64,000 bases of DNA from Bacilli bacterium (GCA_017501465.1 JAFVWY010000015.1:107422-171421), one strand, 5' to 3'. Positions 9,530 through 18,778 are shown, numbered from the stretch's first letter. Notes: generated from the letters alone by a model not told the origin. Made by a program: numbers and translations.

Positions 9530-10184
9530 TTGGCAAGAATTATTGCATGATGAAATTAAAAAAGACTATTTTCAACATTTATCAGATAAGATAAAAAAAG
9601 AAAGACTTATAAAAAATATTTTTCCAATCGAACAAGATGTTTTTAGAGCTTTAGAACTTACTCCGATTGATAAAGTTAGAGTGGTTTTACTAGGACAAGA
9701 TCCGTATCATGAGGTGAATCAAGCATGTGGATTAGCTTTTTCAGTGCCAAAAAATGAAAAACTACCACCAAGTTTGAGAAATATTTATAAAGAATTATCA
9801 AGTGACTTAGGTATTACTGCACCACTTCATGGCGATTTAACTAATTGGGCTAAAGATGGAGTACTATTATTAAATACGGTTTTAACAGTCGAAGAAGGTC
9901 ACGCACAAAGTCATCATGATTATGGCTGGCAAATATTTACTGATAAAATTATATCACTTGTGAATTTGAAGACAACTCCTGTAGTATTTATATTATTGGG
10001 TAATGATGCTAAAACAAAAATTAATTTAATTACTAATCCAATACATAAAATTATTACCGCCGCGCATCCTTCCCCTTTATCTAGTTATCGAGGATTCTTT
10101 GGTAGTAAAATATTTTCTAAAACAAATGAATTTTTGATTTTAAATAATTTAACTCCGATTAATTGGAATTCAATAAATGATTAA
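9522..10184 (+). CDS. ung: Uracil-DNA glycosylase
   Basis: GQDPYH water-activating loop and the HPSPLS motif. 220 aa. Confidence 0.95.
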   Translation: MSNWQELLHDEIKKDYFQHLSDKIKKERLIKNIFPIEQDVFRALELTPIDKVRVVLLGQDPYHEVNQACGLAFSVPKNEKLPPSLRNIYKELSSDLGITAPLHGDLTNWAKDGVLLLNTVLTVEEGHAQSHHDYGWQIFTDKIISLVNLKTTPVVFILLGNDAKTKINLITNPIHKIITAAHPSPLSSYRGFFGSKIFSKTNEFLILNNLTPINWNSIND

Positions 10185-10211
10185 CACACAATTAAATTTG
10201 TGTGTTTTTTT
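10183..10211 (+). terminator. Rho-independent terminator
   Basis: aacacacaa / ttgtgtgtt 9-bp stem followed by a T-run. It lies inside the false N-terminal extension of the 10200 track ORF. Confidence 0.75.
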
Positions 10212-10256
10212 GGTTCTATAATACAATGTATTGAATATAATTTTATAGGTGATAAA

Positions 10257-11450
10257 ATGTTTAAAAAGATTTTAGCTATAATTCTTAGTATCTTTACTAT
10301 TGTTGAAACCAAACAAATTGTAGGTGTACGTTTACCAGAGGATAATCAGGAAATCATGGTCTTTAAGCCAGGTATAAAACCTAACATCAAATCTAGTGTA
10401 TTAATCGATGCAAATACAAACAAAGTATTGGTAGATAATCGAAAAGACGCAAGACTACCAATGGCTAGTATGACAAAAGTAATGTCTTTAATCATTTTTT
10501 TTGAGGCAATAGAAGAAAAAAGATTACAAATGGATCAATTACTAACATGTTCTGAAAATGCAGCATCAAAAGGAGGATCACAAATTTTTTTATCTGTTGG
10601 TGAGCAAATGTCTGTAGATGATTTACTAAAAAGCGTTTGTATAGCCTCAGCAAATGATGCAACTGTTGTATTGGCTGAAGCTATCAGTGGTTCTGAAGAA
10701 GTATTTGTTCAACTAATGAATAAAAAGGCAGAAGAGTTAAAACTATATAATACAGTTTTTAGTAATTCAACCGGTCTTCCAACAACTAATGCACACTATA
10801 CAACAGCTTATGATATGGCAATAATGTCTAGTTATTTAATAAATAACTATCCAAAGGCCTTAGAATATTCTTCTAAATATGAAGATTATGTTAGAGTTGG
10901 TACTCCTAAACAATTTTGGTTAGTGAATACAAATAAATTAATTAAAAGTGTAGAAGGAATTGATGGTTTAAAAACTGGCTGGACTGAAGATGCTGGTTAT
11001 TGTTTAACTTGTACTAAAAAAGTTGATAATATGAGATTAGTAAGTGTTGTCATGGGGGCTAATACAATAAAGGATAGAACTAATATGACATTAGAACTAT
11101 TAAACTATGGTTTTTCTAACTACAAATATCAAATGGTTTTACCGAAAGGGACCATAGTAAATACTAATAAAAACATTTTATTATCACCAACCGAACAAAA
11201 TGTTGTTTTGTCGAAAGATTTTGGAATTCTTTTACAACATAATGAAGAGTTTAAAAATTATCAAACAAAGATTGTGATTGATAATGACTTAATTAATCGT
11301 TATGAAACCAAAGATATTGGATATATTGAATTTTATAAAGATGGTAATTTAATTGATAAAATAAGCCTTGATTTACAAACTACAACGAAGAAAACAACAT
11401 TCTTGGATTTATTTAAAGAGGTATTAAAGTATAGTTTTATATACGGTTAA
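10257..11450 (+). CDS. dacF: D-alanyl-D-alanine carboxypeptidase (PBP5 family), sporulation-type
   Basis: SMTK (SxxK), SxN and KTGWT motifs. Start moved to the ATG at 10257 (AGGTGA RBS, signal/anchor sequence). Sits immediately upstream of spoIIAA-AB-sigF, as in B. subtilis. Confidence 0.8.
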   Translation: MFKKILAIILSIFTIVETKQIVGVRLPEDNQEIMVFKPGIKPNIKSSVLIDANTNKVLVDNRKDARLPMASMTKVMSLIIFFEAIEEKRLQMDQLLTCSENAASKGGSQIFLSVGEQMSVDDLLKSVCIASANDATVVLAEAISGSEEVFVQLMNKKAEELKLYNTVFSNSTGLPTTNAHYTTAYDMAIMSSYLINNYPKALEYSSKYEDYVRVGTPKQFWLVNTNKLIKSVEGIDGLKTGWTEDAGYCLTCTKKVDNMRLVSVVMGANTIKDRTNMTLELLNYGFSNYKYQMVLPKGTIVNTNKNILLSPTEQNVVLSKDFGILLQHNEEFKNYQTKIVIDNDLINRYETKDIGYIEFYKDGNLIDKISLDLQTTTKKTTFLDLFKEVLKYSFIYG

Positions 11451-11520
11451 ACATTATTTGATATTAATATAATTACTTCAAATAAAACCAACATTTTTTA
11501 ACAAAAAAATCAAGATTAGG

Positions 11521-11560
11521 AAAAAAAGAGTTTTGGCATTGATTGTCGAAACTCTTTTTA
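11521..11560 (+). terminator. Putative terminator after dacF
   Basis: aagagttt (11526-11533) pairs with aaactctt (11549-11556). 15-nt loop, flanked by an A-run and a T-run. Confidence 0.55.
11544..11550 (+). promoter_or_regulatory. Candidate Spo0A box (TGTCGAA) upstream of spoIIAA
   Basis: Exact match to the 0A-box consensus 55 nt upstream of the spoIIAA ATG, followed by AAGGAAT (11564-11570), which resembles a sigma-H -35. A single 7-mer is not statistically significant by itself. Confidence 0.3.
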
Positions 11561-11604
11561 TATAAGGAATAATTTGATAAAATCATTTCTAGTGAGGTGA
11601 CAAA

Positions 11605-11955
11605 ATGAAACTAAATGTACAGATGAGTGTAAGAGGCAGTACTTTAATAATGAGATTAAAAGGTGATTTAGATCAATCTAGCATTGATAGTTTAAAAAGA
11701 AAGTCAATTGATATAATTGATAAATACTATATTAAAAATATTGTATTTAACTTAGAACAAGTTCAATTTATGGACAGTAGTGGGATAGGATTTATAATTG
11801 GAAGATTTGCTCAAATAAAACATCGAAGAGGTAGAGTTATAATTTGTTCTATGAATTCATTAATAGAAAGGATATTTAATTTGTCAGGGTTAAAAAGAAT
11901 TTGTAGTGTTGTTGATAATGAAGAACAAGCTACTAGATTATTGGAGGTGGCATAA
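11605..11955 (+). CDS. spoIIAA: Anti-sigma-F factor antagonist (STAS domain)
   Basis: 116 aa. FMDSSGIGF phosphorylatable-serine motif. GTGAGGTGA RBS. Confidence 0.9.
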   Translation: MKLNVQMSVRGSTLIMRLKGDLDQSSIDSLKRKSIDIIDKYYIKNIVFNLEQVQFMDSSGIGFIIGRFAQIKHRRGRVIICSMNSLIERIFNLSGLKRICSVVDNEEQATRLLEVA

Positions 11956-12377
11956 TGAAAAATGAAATGATGATTAGTTTTAGTGCTCAAACATCAAATG
12001 TTGTGTTTTCTAGAACTGTTGCGTTAGGATTTTTAGTAAACTTGAATATTGATATTAATGTTTTAAATGAAATAAAAACAGCAATATCTGAGGCAGTAAC
12101 AAATGCGATTGTTCATGGATATAGTAATGATGCAACTAAATTTGTTAAAATGGAGATGCAATATGATGATAGAGAAATAATCATAAAAGTAATTGATTAT
12201 GGGGTTGGAATTGAAGATATTCAAAAAGCCCGTGAGCCACTTTTTTCAACTAAAATGAGTGAAGATAGAGCAGGACTAGGATTTACAATAATGGAAGTTT
12301 TTACTGATGAATTAAGTGTAGAGTCAATACTTGGTGAAAAGACTATTGTGACAATGAAAAAGAAATATCATGAATAA
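11955..12377 (+). CDS. spoIIAB: Anti-sigma-F factor / serine protein kinase
   Basis: HATPase_c N-box EAVTNAIVHGY and G-box DYGVGI. TAATG overlap with spoIIAA. Confidence 0.9.
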   Translation: MKNEMMISFSAQTSNVVFSRTVALGFLVNLNIDINVLNEIKTAISEAVTNAIVHGYSNDATKFVKMEMQYDDREIIIKVIDYGVGIEDIQKAREPLFSTKMSEDRAGLGFTIMEVFTDELSVESILGEKTIVTMKKKYHE

Positions 12378-12933
12378 TGATGAAAAAGAAAGATTATTTG
12401 AAAAATATCAGTATCTTGTTTATAAAATTGGTAAAAAATTAAAAAATGACTTTATTGATTTTGAAGATATGATTCAAGCAGGATTTATGGGCTTGTTAAA
12501 AGCGATTAATAATCACAACAATTTAGATACTTTTATTAGCTATGCTAGTAAATACATAGTTTATGAAATGAAAGAAGAAATTAAAAAAGGTAGTTATTTT
12601 AAAATTAGTGATTATTTTTATAAATTAGGTAATAAGGTAAGAGAACACAATGAATTAAATTTATTTGAAATTGCAAAAAAATGTAATACTAGCGTTGAAA
12701 ATGTTTTGTTAATTAAAAGTCAAGGTTTTTATCAAATTGATAAAATTGAAAATTATGATGAGTTTGAAGATACATATTATAAATTACCAATTGGATTAGA
12801 TGAAATAGAAGAGGAAGTATTTAAGTTAAAGGCTCTTTATAGATACACACAAAATGATATTGCTAAAGCGTTAAATATAAGTCAGTCAAAAGTAAATAGA
12901 ATATTAAAGAATATTGTAGAAAAAATAACTTAA
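12370..12933 (+). CDS. sigF: Sporulation sigma factor SigF-like (compact, 187 aa)
   Basis: Region 2 (DMIQAGFMGLLKAINNH, FISYASKYIVYEMKEEIKK), a LGNKVRE motif as in B. subtilis SigF, and a region 4.2 HTH (TQNDIAKALNISQSKVNRILKN). 8-nt overlap with spoIIAB. Confidence 0.8.
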   Translation: MNNDEKERLFEKYQYLVYKIGKKLKNDFIDFEDMIQAGFMGLLKAINNHNNLDTFISYASKYIVYEMKEEIKKGSYFKISDYFYKLGNKVREHNELNLFEIAKKCNTSVENVLLIKSQGFYQIDKIENYDEFEDTYYKLPIGLDEIEEEVFKLKALYRYTQNDIAKALNISQSKVNRILKNIVEKIT

Positions 12934-12979
12934 ATGTATAAATAAGTTTTCACCTCAAAAAATAATATGAGGTGATAAA

Positions 12980-13426
12980 ATGGAAAGTGAAGTTTTTCAA
13001 AAAGTATTAGAAAAAAACAAAAATAGAAGACCTATATTAAAAAACTCACTTAAAGCTTTTTTATTTGGTGGTATAGTTTGTTTATTAGGTGAAGTCATTA
13101 GAATGATACTGATGAAAGTTTTTAAAGTAGATAGTAGGGTGGCAAATACAATTATGTTGTTTGTTTTTATTTTTCTATCATCTATATTTACAGGACTTGG
13201 AATTTATGATAAGTTAGGACAAGTAGCTGGGGCAGGTGCTTTTATACCTATTACCGGTTTTGCTAATTCTTTGACATCATCTGCAATTGAATCAAAAACA
13301 GAGGGGATAATCCAAGGGACTTTAACTAATATGTTTAAGTTAGCTGGTGCAATAATTGCCATAGGTGCTATTAGTAGTATTTTTATAGGTAGTATAATCT
13401 ATATGGTTAGGTGTTTTTATGCGTAG
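12980..13426 (+). CDS. spoVAC: Stage V sporulation protein AC
   Basis: 148-aa 4-TM protein with typical SpoVAC sequence (GAGAFIPITGFANS). Confidence 0.9.
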   Translation: MESEVFQKVLEKNKNRRPILKNSLKAFLFGGIVCLLGEVIRMILMKVFKVDSRVANTIMLFVFIFLSSIFTGLGIYDKLGQVAGAGAFIPITGFANSLTSSAIESKTEGIIQGTLTNMFKLAGAIIAIGAISSIFIGSIIYMVRCFYA

Positions 13427-14426
13427 GGTTGGTGAAAATAGTATAGAATATAATAATGTTTATTTATTAGAGTCATCAACGATTAGTGGACCAAGAGAAA
13501 AAAATGCTCAACTAGGTAAGTTTATTGATAAAAGTTATAATGAATTATCATGTTCAGAAAAAACTTGGGAAAAAGCGGAAATTAAATTGCAAAATGAAGC
13601 ATTTCTATTAGCATTAGAAAAAGCTAATTTAAAAAGTGAAGATATTGGTTTAATTCTTAGTGGTGATTTAAATAATCAAATTATTGCTAGTAGTTATATG
13701 GCTAGAAAATTTAATATACCTCATATAGGATTATATGGAGCATGTTCAACAGCGGTTTTGAGTATAATAGTAGGTGCTAATTATATTGAGAGTAATATTT
13801 TTAATAATGTTGCTTGTCTTACAAGCTCTCATTATGCAACAAGTGAGCGACAATTTAGATTCCCAACTGAATATGGTGGACAAAAGCCATCATCTACAAC
13901 GACTACAGTCACTGGTAGTGGATGCAGCCTATTATCCACAAAAAAATCAAATATTAAAGTAACTAGAGCAACAATTGGAAAAGTGGTGGATCCTAATTAT
14001 AAAGATGTTCAGGATTTGGGTAGAGCAATGGCACCAGCGGCAGCAATGACATTAAGACAACATTTTGAAGATTTCAATGTAGATGCTAGTGAATATGATT
14101 TAATTTTAACTGGCGATTTATCAGAATGTGGAAGTATAGTTTTCAAAGATATTTTAAAAGAATGGGGAATCGAGTTTTATAATTATAATGATTGTGGTTT
14201 AATGATATATGATAGAAAAGTTCAAGAAGTTTTTTCAGGTGGTAGTGGCTGTGGATGTTGTAGTTTAATTTTAAATGGTTATATTAAGGAAATGTTATCA
14301 ACAAAAAAATTAAATAAAGTATTGATAATTGCTACAGGTGCTTTGATGAATCCTTTATTAGCACAACAAAAAGAGTCTATTCCTGGTATTGCACATGCTA
14401 TTGTGTTGGAAAGTGTGATGGAATGA
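13419..14426 (+). CDS. spoVAD: Stage V sporulation protein AD (thiolase-like fold)
   Basis: 335 aa. Motifs GLYGACST and SGGSGCGCC. Overlaps the end of spoVAC. Confidence 0.9.
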   Translation: MRRVGENSIEYNNVYLLESSTISGPREKNAQLGKFIDKSYNELSCSEKTWEKAEIKLQNEAFLLALEKANLKSEDIGLILSGDLNNQIIASSYMARKFNIPHIGLYGACSTAVLSIIVGANYIESNIFNNVACLTSSHYATSERQFRFPTEYGGQKPSSTTTTVTGSGCSLLSTKKSNIKVTRATIGKVVDPNYKDVQDLGRAMAPAAAMTLRQHFEDFNVDASEYDLILTGDLSECGSIVFKDILKEWGIEFYNYNDCGLMIYDRKVQEVFSGGSGCGCCSLILNGYIKEMLSTKKLNKVLIIATGALMNPLLAQQKESIPGIAHAIVLESVME

Positions 14427-14773
14427 CAATTGTGTTTGCATTTTTAATTGGTGGATTAATTTGTTTTATTGCTCAATTATTATTAGATGGTTTAAAATTA
14501 CAAAATGTTCATATCACAGTTTTATTTGTTTTTTTAGGTTCCTTATTAGAATGTTTTAATTTATATGATAGATTAATAGAGATTTCAGGAGCAGGAGCCC
14601 TATTACCTATTTGCAGTTTTGGTCACTCCATGACAGAATCAGCAGTTAACTATGCTTTAAATGGTAATTATTTTGATATTTTTAAAGGGGTATTTGCATC
14701 AACTAGTAGTGGGATTTCATTTGCAATATTTATTTCTTTTATCTGTAGTTTAATATTTAAACCAAAAGGATGA
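14423..14773 (+). CDS. spoVAE: Stage V sporulation protein AE (AEB-type)
   Basis: 116-aa membrane protein paralogous to SpoVAC (GAGALLPICSFGHS). ATGA overlap with spoVAD. Confidence 0.85.
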   Translation: MTIVFAFLIGGLICFIAQLLLDGLKLQNVHITVLFVFLGSLLECFNLYDRLIEISGAGALLPICSFGHSMTESAVNYALNGNYFDIFKGVFASTSSGISFAIFISFICSLIFKPKG

Positions 14774-16173
14774 AAATGTATTTAACAAATAGTCAAAAAA
14801 TAAATGAACAATTGATAGATGAACTTTTAGGTATTAAAGATTCTTTTGATATCGGTAAAAGAGAGTTATATCTTTATGATAAAAGAAATTTAATCTATAC
14901 TAATAATTTTCTAGTTAATACTGATTTATTAATTCAAATTATACAAAGTTTATTTTTAAATGAGTTTAATAATACAGATTCTTATTTTGATAATTTTTAT
15001 AAAAACATTTCATCTATTAGTGTAATGACTTCAAAAGATCTTTTAGAAATCGAAACAGAAGTCTTAAAAGGTTTAGCCTGTATTATAGTCGCAGATTTTG
15101 ATAAAGCGATTATTATTGATATTAGAAATTATCCTACTAGAGGTTTAAGTGAACCTGATGGAGAAAAAGTAGTAAGAGGTAGTAAGGAGGGCTTTACAGA
15201 AAATATCGCCACTAATGTAGCACTACTTAGAAGAAGAATACGTTCGGGGAAGTTAAAAGTCAAAAAGTTTGTAGTGGGAGATTTTAGTAAAACAGAAATT
15301 GCCTATGTTTATATCGATGATTTAGTAAATAAAGTGGCTTTGAATAATGCAATTGATAAAATTCAAAAAGTAAAAGTAAATGAACTTACAATGACGGATA
15401 AAGCTTTAGAAGAGTTGCTAAGTAATAGGCCATATTCACCATATCCTATGGTAAGATATACAGAAAGACCAGATACTTTAGCAGTTCATCTATATCAAGG
15501 TATGTTTGGTATAATTGTAGATACATCGCCATCAGTGATGATTGCACCAACATCAATTTTTGATCATTTTCAAGCACCAGAAGAGTATAGACAAACATCA
15601 ATGAGTGGTACTTTTTTAAGACTTTTACGTTTTTTTGGTATTATTGTCTCTTTTTTATTGGTCCCTATTTGGTTATGTTTTGTAAACCAAAAAGACTATT
15701 CTAATACTATGTTGGTTAACATTATGAATCTAGATTACACAAGACAATCTATTTTAATTCAACTTTTAATTTCTGAAATTAGTATTGAATTAGTAAGAAT
15801 GGCCTCAATTCACACCCCTGATTCCCTATCAACATCTATGGGATTAATTGTCGGTATAATTCTTGGAGGAATTGGAGTGGAACTAGGGATTGTTAGCCAA
15901 ACTATTGTCTTATTGGGGGCTCTTTCTGCTATTGGAACTTATATTACACCAAGTTATGAACTAGCATTAGCAAATAAAATTGTAAAACTAATTTATATTG
16001 TTATTGCATATTTTTTTGGTATGTATGGTATATTATTCTTTACTATATTTATGTTTTTTTATTTGTTGTCTTTAAAGAGTTTTGGACAATCTTATTTAAA
16101 GCCTTTATATCCGTTTTCCTTAAAGTTATTAATTAGACAATTTATTAGAAGCCCTTATAAAAATAAACAATAA
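14770..16173 (+). CDS. spoVAF: Stage V sporulation protein AF / GerA-family spore germination protein
   Basis: 467 aa. GerA-family N-terminal soluble domain plus a C-terminal 5-TM block. ATGA overlap with spoVAE. Confidence 0.8.
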   Translation: MKMYLTNSQKINEQLIDELLGIKDSFDIGKRELYLYDKRNLIYTNNFLVNTDLLIQIIQSLFLNEFNNTDSYFDNFYKNISSISVMTSKDLLEIETEVLKGLACIIVADFDKAIIIDIRNYPTRGLSEPDGEKVVRGSKEGFTENIATNVALLRRRIRSGKLKVKKFVVGDFSKTEIAYVYIDDLVNKVALNNAIDKIQKVKVNELTMTDKALEELLSNRPYSPYPMVRYTERPDTLAVHLYQGMFGIIVDTSPSVMIAPTSIFDHFQAPEEYRQTSMSGTFLRLLRFFGIIVSFLLVPIWLCFVNQKDYSNTMLVNIMNLDYTRQSILIQLLISEISIELVRMASIHTPDSLSTSMGLIVGIILGGIGVELGIVSQTIVLLGALSAIGTYITPSYELALANKIVKLIYIVIAYFFGMYGILFFTIFMFFYLLSLKSFGQSYLKPLYPFSLKLLIRQFIRSPYKNKQ

Positions 16174-16248
16174 CAATTATTTTGATTGTAAAAAATAGAC
16201 TTTTATGATAAAATGATAACAAGATAAAATATAGTAAAGGATAGAATT

Positions 16249-17910
16249 ATGAGTAAAATTAAAATTAGAGCACTAGGAGGGATGGGAGAAAACGGTAAGA
16301 ATATGTATCTTGTTGAAGTTGATGATAAGATATTTATTTTAGATGCTGGTTTAATTTATCCCAAGGTAGATTTGTTTGGTATTGATGCTGTCGTACCGAA
16401 TATCGATTATTTAATTCAAAATAAAGAAAGAATTCAAGGGGTTTTTATTTCTCATGGCCATGAGGATCACATTGGGGCTTTACCTTATTTACTAAAAAAC
16501 ATTTCAGTCAGAGTTTATGCTACACCATTTACAATCAGTCTTATTGAAACTTATTTAAAAAATGAAGGGTTAAATCTAAAGAATTTCAAATTATTTAAAG
16601 TTAGTCCTAATAAGACTTTAAAATTTAATGATGTAAAGATTTCCTTTTATAATGTAAATCACGCTTTACCGGATGCTGCTAATATTATTATTAGTACTAA
16701 AGATGGTGATATCGTTTATTCTACGGATTTTAATTTTTCAAAACCATTAAATGAATTATATAAAATCTCTTATGAAAAGTTGTTGGAATTATCTAAAAGT
16801 AAAGTTTTAGCAGTAATGGCTGAAAGTGTGGGTATTAGTGATTCTAATAGAACTACAACTGATGCTTTATTTGAAGTAGAAATTTATAACAGTTTTGCAA
16901 AAAACAATAACAAAATTTTTATAGCTGCCTATTCAACAGATGTTTCTAGAATTCAAAAGATTATTAATACAGCTAATTTGTTAGGAAAGAAAGTTGCATT
17001 CTTTAGTAAACAAACCGAATTAATTGTAAATGTGGCTTTAAAGACAAATAATTTAAGTATACCAGAGGATACTTTAGTTAAATTAGATGGTACAGAATAT
17101 GACAATTTAGTTGTAATAGTAGTTGGTAATCATACAGAACCTTATTATTTAATAAGTCGAATTATTGAGGGAAAATATAAGAATATCAAAATATCAAGTG
17201 ATGATTTAATTATTGGTTTGTCAGATGCAGTTTCGGGGACAGAAAAGTATGTATTACACGTACTTGATGAAATTTATCGAAACGATATTAATTTTAAACA
17301 AATAGAAAATAAGATACTTAGAACTTCTCATGCTACTAGCGATGATTTAATTCAATTGTATTCAATTTCTAAACCTAAATATTATATTCCTATTAAGGGT
17401 GAGGTAAGACATTTATTTAAACATTATACTTTATTAAATGAATTAAAAATACCACAGGAAAAGGTATTAAATTTACAAGATGGTAATATTTTAGTATTTG
17501 AAAATGGTAATTTAATATCAGTGGAAAATCATGAATTAAAAGAAGTTTACGTTGACGGAAGCTTGACTGGGGCAGTAAATGAAGATATTGTTAGTGAAAG
17601 AGATGCTTTGGCTAATAATGGCGTAATTGAAATTATTGTTCATATTGATAGTAAAACTCAAAAGATTATTAAAGATGCTAATATTATTACTAAGGGGTTA
17701 GTAATAAACAAATTTACTGAAGAGTATATTGATCAAATGCATCAAGTAATTGAACGTTTGATTAAATCTTATTTTTTGAAGAAACATTTTATTGTCGAAG
17801 ATTTAGAAAAAGCAATTGTTCATGAAATCAATAAGATTGTTCACAAAATTACTAAGATGCATACGACAATAATTCCTATTATTATTGATTTAAAAAATAT
17901 TAAATATTAA
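16249..17910 (+). CDS. rnj: Ribonuclease J
   Basis: SHGHEDHIG MBL motif, beta-CASP architecture, 553 aa. Confidence 0.9.
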   Translation: MSKIKIRALGGMGENGKNMYLVEVDDKIFILDAGLIYPKVDLFGIDAVVPNIDYLIQNKERIQGVFISHGHEDHIGALPYLLKNISVRVYATPFTISLIETYLKNEGLNLKNFKLFKVSPNKTLKFNDVKISFYNVNHALPDAANIIISTKDGDIVYSTDFNFSKPLNELYKISYEKLLELSKSKVLAVMAESVGISDSNRTTTDALFEVEIYNSFAKNNNKIFIAAYSTDVSRIQKIINTANLLGKKVAFFSKQTELIVNVALKTNNLSIPEDTLVKLDGTEYDNLVVIVVGNHTEPYYLISRIIEGKYKNIKISSDDLIIGLSDAVSGTEKYVLHVLDEIYRNDINFKQIENKILRTSHATSDDLIQLYSISKPKYYIPIKGEVRHLFKHYTLLNELKIPQEKVLNLQDGNILVFENGNLISVENHELKEVYVDGSLTGAVNEDIVSERDALANNGVIEIIVHIDSKTQKIIKDANIITKGLVINKFTEEYIDQMHQVIERLIKSYFLKKHFIVEDLEKAIVHEINKIVHKITKMHTTIIPIIIDLKNIKY

Positions 17911-17917
17911 TAAAAGA

Positions 17918-17953
17918 ACACCACTAATAATATAATTTAGTGGTGTATTTTTA
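17918..17953 (+). terminator. Rho-independent terminator
   Basis: acaccactaa / ttagtggtgt 10-bp stem with a 9-nt loop, followed by a T-rich tail. Confidence 0.75.
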
Positions 17954-17994
17954 TTAAAAAACAATTAATCAAGACTATCATCGAAATTAATAAA

Positions 17995-18453
17995 ATGAAT
18001 CCTGGTATGTGGATTGTATTCAATAAATATATTATAAATGATACAAGAATCACTTATATTAAAGATTCTACTTTAATTATTCACCAGTATTTATTAAATG
18101 AATCAAAAATTTATATCTTATATCATGTATTAAAAACGCTGAAACATACTGGAGCAATTTTAAAAATTCTTAGTGAAAAAGAGTTTTTGATAGTTCATGT
18201 TTATGATCAGGAGTTGTTAAACATTATAGTTAATAATTTGACTTGGCGCTTATATCAAGTCTATTATCTTTTACAAGAAATAGATTCATCAGTAACACTT
18301 GATGAAGAAAAAGAACTTATATATAATAAGGACAATGAAATTAAAATTACAGAAAAAACAATTTTCAATAATAGCAAAAAAACCTCATATCAATATAGTA
18401 GTAATGAAAATATTCTAAAAGAAGTTTTAAATCAAATGATGTCAGATTTATAA
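17995..18453 (+). CDS. Hypothetical protein (152 aa)
   Basis: Long ORF in a gene-sized gap, but with no convincing RBS and no recognisable motif. Confidence 0.45.
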   Translation: MNPGMWIVFNKYIINDTRITYIKDSTLIIHQYLLNESKIYILYHVLKTLKHTGAILKILSEKEFLIVHVYDQELLNIIVNNLTWRLYQVYYLLQEIDSSVTLDEEKELIYNKDNEIKITEKTIFNNSKKTSYQYSSNENILKEVLNQMMSDL

Positions 18454-18469
18454 ATCTAATAACTAAATT

Positions 18470-18500
18470 ACTTGCGTAAAATAACATTTTGTAGTATAAT
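18470..18500 (+). promoter_or_regulatory. Sigma-A-type promoter for rpmG
   Basis: TTGCGT, 17-nt spacer (with TG at the extended -10 position), TATAAT (18495-18500). Confidence 0.5.
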
Positions 18501-18529
18501 AGTAATGGTTTATATAGGAGGAGACAATT

Positions 18530-18685
18530 ATGCGTATTAATGTCTTATTAAAGTGTACTGAATGTGGTGAAGAAAATTATCTTACATCTAAAAACAAACG
18601 TAATACTCCTGATCGTTTAGAACATAAAAAGTATTGCCCACGTTGTAAGAAAGCTACAGTTCACAAAGAAAAGAATAAGAAATAG
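18530..18685 (+). CDS. rpmG: 50S ribosomal protein L33 (51 aa; absent from the ORF track)
   Basis: Translates to [51 protein letters not shown]. Zn-ribbon form with CxxC...CxxC. AGGAGGAG RBS. Confidence 0.9.
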   Translation: MRINVLLKCTECGEENYLTSKNKRNTPDRLEHKKYCPRCKKATVHKEKNKK

Positions 18686-18686
18686 T

Positions 18687-18717
18687 AAAAAACCCAATCT
18701 TATGATTGGGCTTTTTT
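18687..18717 (+). terminator. Rho-independent terminator
   Basis: cccaatc / gattggg stem with a 4-nt loop, followed by a T6 run. Confidence 0.8.
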
Positions 18718-18778
18718 ATTACTTAATTGTGACAAAAATTTTTACTTTCTTTTGCTAAAATAACTTGAGGTATAAATT

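Noticed and set aside
10225-10256. Possible sigma-F-type promoter (GTATT...GGTGATAAAAT) for dacF.
   Set aside because: The -10-like element overlaps the RBS and start codon, so the transcript could not contain the start codon.
11571-11604. Tried to complete a sigma-H promoter (-10 R-N-N-GAAT) for spoIIAA.
   Set aside because: No GAAT lies at the required 11-12-nt distance from the AAGGAAT element, so only the -35-like half is reported and with low confidence.
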